The notes under the pieces are model-generated. The model worked only from the letters and a program-made list of their open reading frames with translations, was not told the origin of the DNA and did not search any database. Source: Eubacteriales bacterium (GTDB taxonomy: Bacteria; Bacillota; Clostridia; Oscillospirales; CAG-272). Taken from it: a stretch of 64,000 nucleotides of DNA. Positions 63,605 to 64,000 of this stretch are shown one piece after another. Both the position numbers and the translations under genes were made by a program. How positions within the stretch are numbered: position 1 is the first letter of the stretch; each line of letters opens with the position of its first letter. The stretch covers positions 18,273 to 82,272 of the forward strand of contig JAZRDG010000062.1 in the NCBI GenBank assembly GCA_045660125.1. The letters are read 5' to 3'.

Positions 63605-64000
63605 ATGCTCAAATTGCTGATTGGTGTTAAAGGCACCGGAAAAACAAAGACTTTGATTGAACTGGTTAACGACGCACTTTCCAAGACTCAGGGCGACGTT
63701 GTTTGCATCGAAAAGGGCGTTAAGCTGAGATATGACGTTAAGTACCAGGCAAGACTGATCAACACGAACGAATATCTGGTATTTGATGCTGAGGCTCTGT
63801 ACGGCTTCATCGCAGGCATTCTCGCAAGCAACCATGACGTTTCCGATCTGTTCGTAGACTCTGCTCTCAAGATCTGCAACGAAGACGTAGCTGCTTTTGA
63901 GAAGCTGGTTCTCGCTATCGACGAGCTCTGCTCCAAGATGAACGTGAACGTTGTGATGACTTCCTCTCTGCCTGTAGAAGAGGCTTCCGATACCATTAAG
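63605..64000 (+). CDS. Small P-loop (GxxGxGKT) protein of unknown function, 3' end beyond the window (not in the supplied ORF track)
   Basis: I translated this ORF by hand. ATG 63605 lies 9 nt after GGAGG, and the frame is open for 132 codons to the window edge. The protein reads MLKLLIGVKGTGKTKTLIELVNDAL.... Its codon usage is core-like, and a TTGTCA-17-TATAAT promoter lies upstream. Confidence 0.7.
   Translation, partial: MLKLLIGVKGTGKTKTLIELVNDALSKTQGDVVCIEKGVKLRYDVKYQARLINTNEYLVFDAEALYGFIAGILASNHDVSDLFVDSALKICNEDVAAFEKLVLAIDELCSKMNVNVVMTSSLPVEEASDTIK

Overview
This 64-kb segment reads as core chromosome of a spore-forming Firmicute. It looks Clostridia-like, because it carries the yabM-mazG-hup-yabO-yabP-yabQ-divIC sporulation and division cluster and many near-consensus sigma-A promoters; finer taxonomy cannot be verified here. 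I support 56 protein-coding genes, one of which (63605-64000) is missing from the ORF track because it runs off the right edge. I saw no rRNA, tRNA, CRISPR array, transposase, integrase or phage gene.

Gene content from left to right:
- Two convergent K+ uptake systems (ktrBA and trkAH), then a GH109-like oxidoreductase.
- A complete histidine operon, hisZ-G-D-C-B-H-A-F-IE.
- A GrpB::pyrophosphatase fusion coupled to mntP.
- A low-GC block with an ECF sigma factor, an anti-sigma-like protein and an XRE-TM regulator.
- A 1131-aa lipoprotein of unknown function, an orphan rhaA and a zinc-ribbon membrane protein.
- Divergent nadE and pncB, with a DUF4091-like lipoprotein downstream of pncB.
- cdaA-cdaR-COG2509, then recJ-relA-dtd-hemZ-udk.
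- The sporulation cluster, then smpB.
- Two cytoplasmic GH78 rhamnosidases flanking an LRR gene and a 693-nt ORF-free spacer, followed by a DUF2974 gene.
- A crp-family regulator with a NitT/TauT-type ABC importer.
- An operon of sugar nucleotidyltransferase, nahK, galE and galM.
- A D-Ala-D-Ala carboxypeptidase gene, pgi and a small P-loop ORF.

I did not find a convincing self-contained novel system of defence, mobile or RNA-guided type. The best leads are:
1. The repeat-rich, structured 693-nt spacer at 48968-49660.
2. The 1131-aa lipoprotein, which has no domain I can place.
3. The phosphorylase-less N-acetylhexosamine salvage operon.
4. The GrpB::PPase-mntP unit.
5. The low-GC sigma/anti-sigma/XRE block.

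All functional calls rest on motif recognition by eye. No BLAST, HMM or Rfam search was possible.
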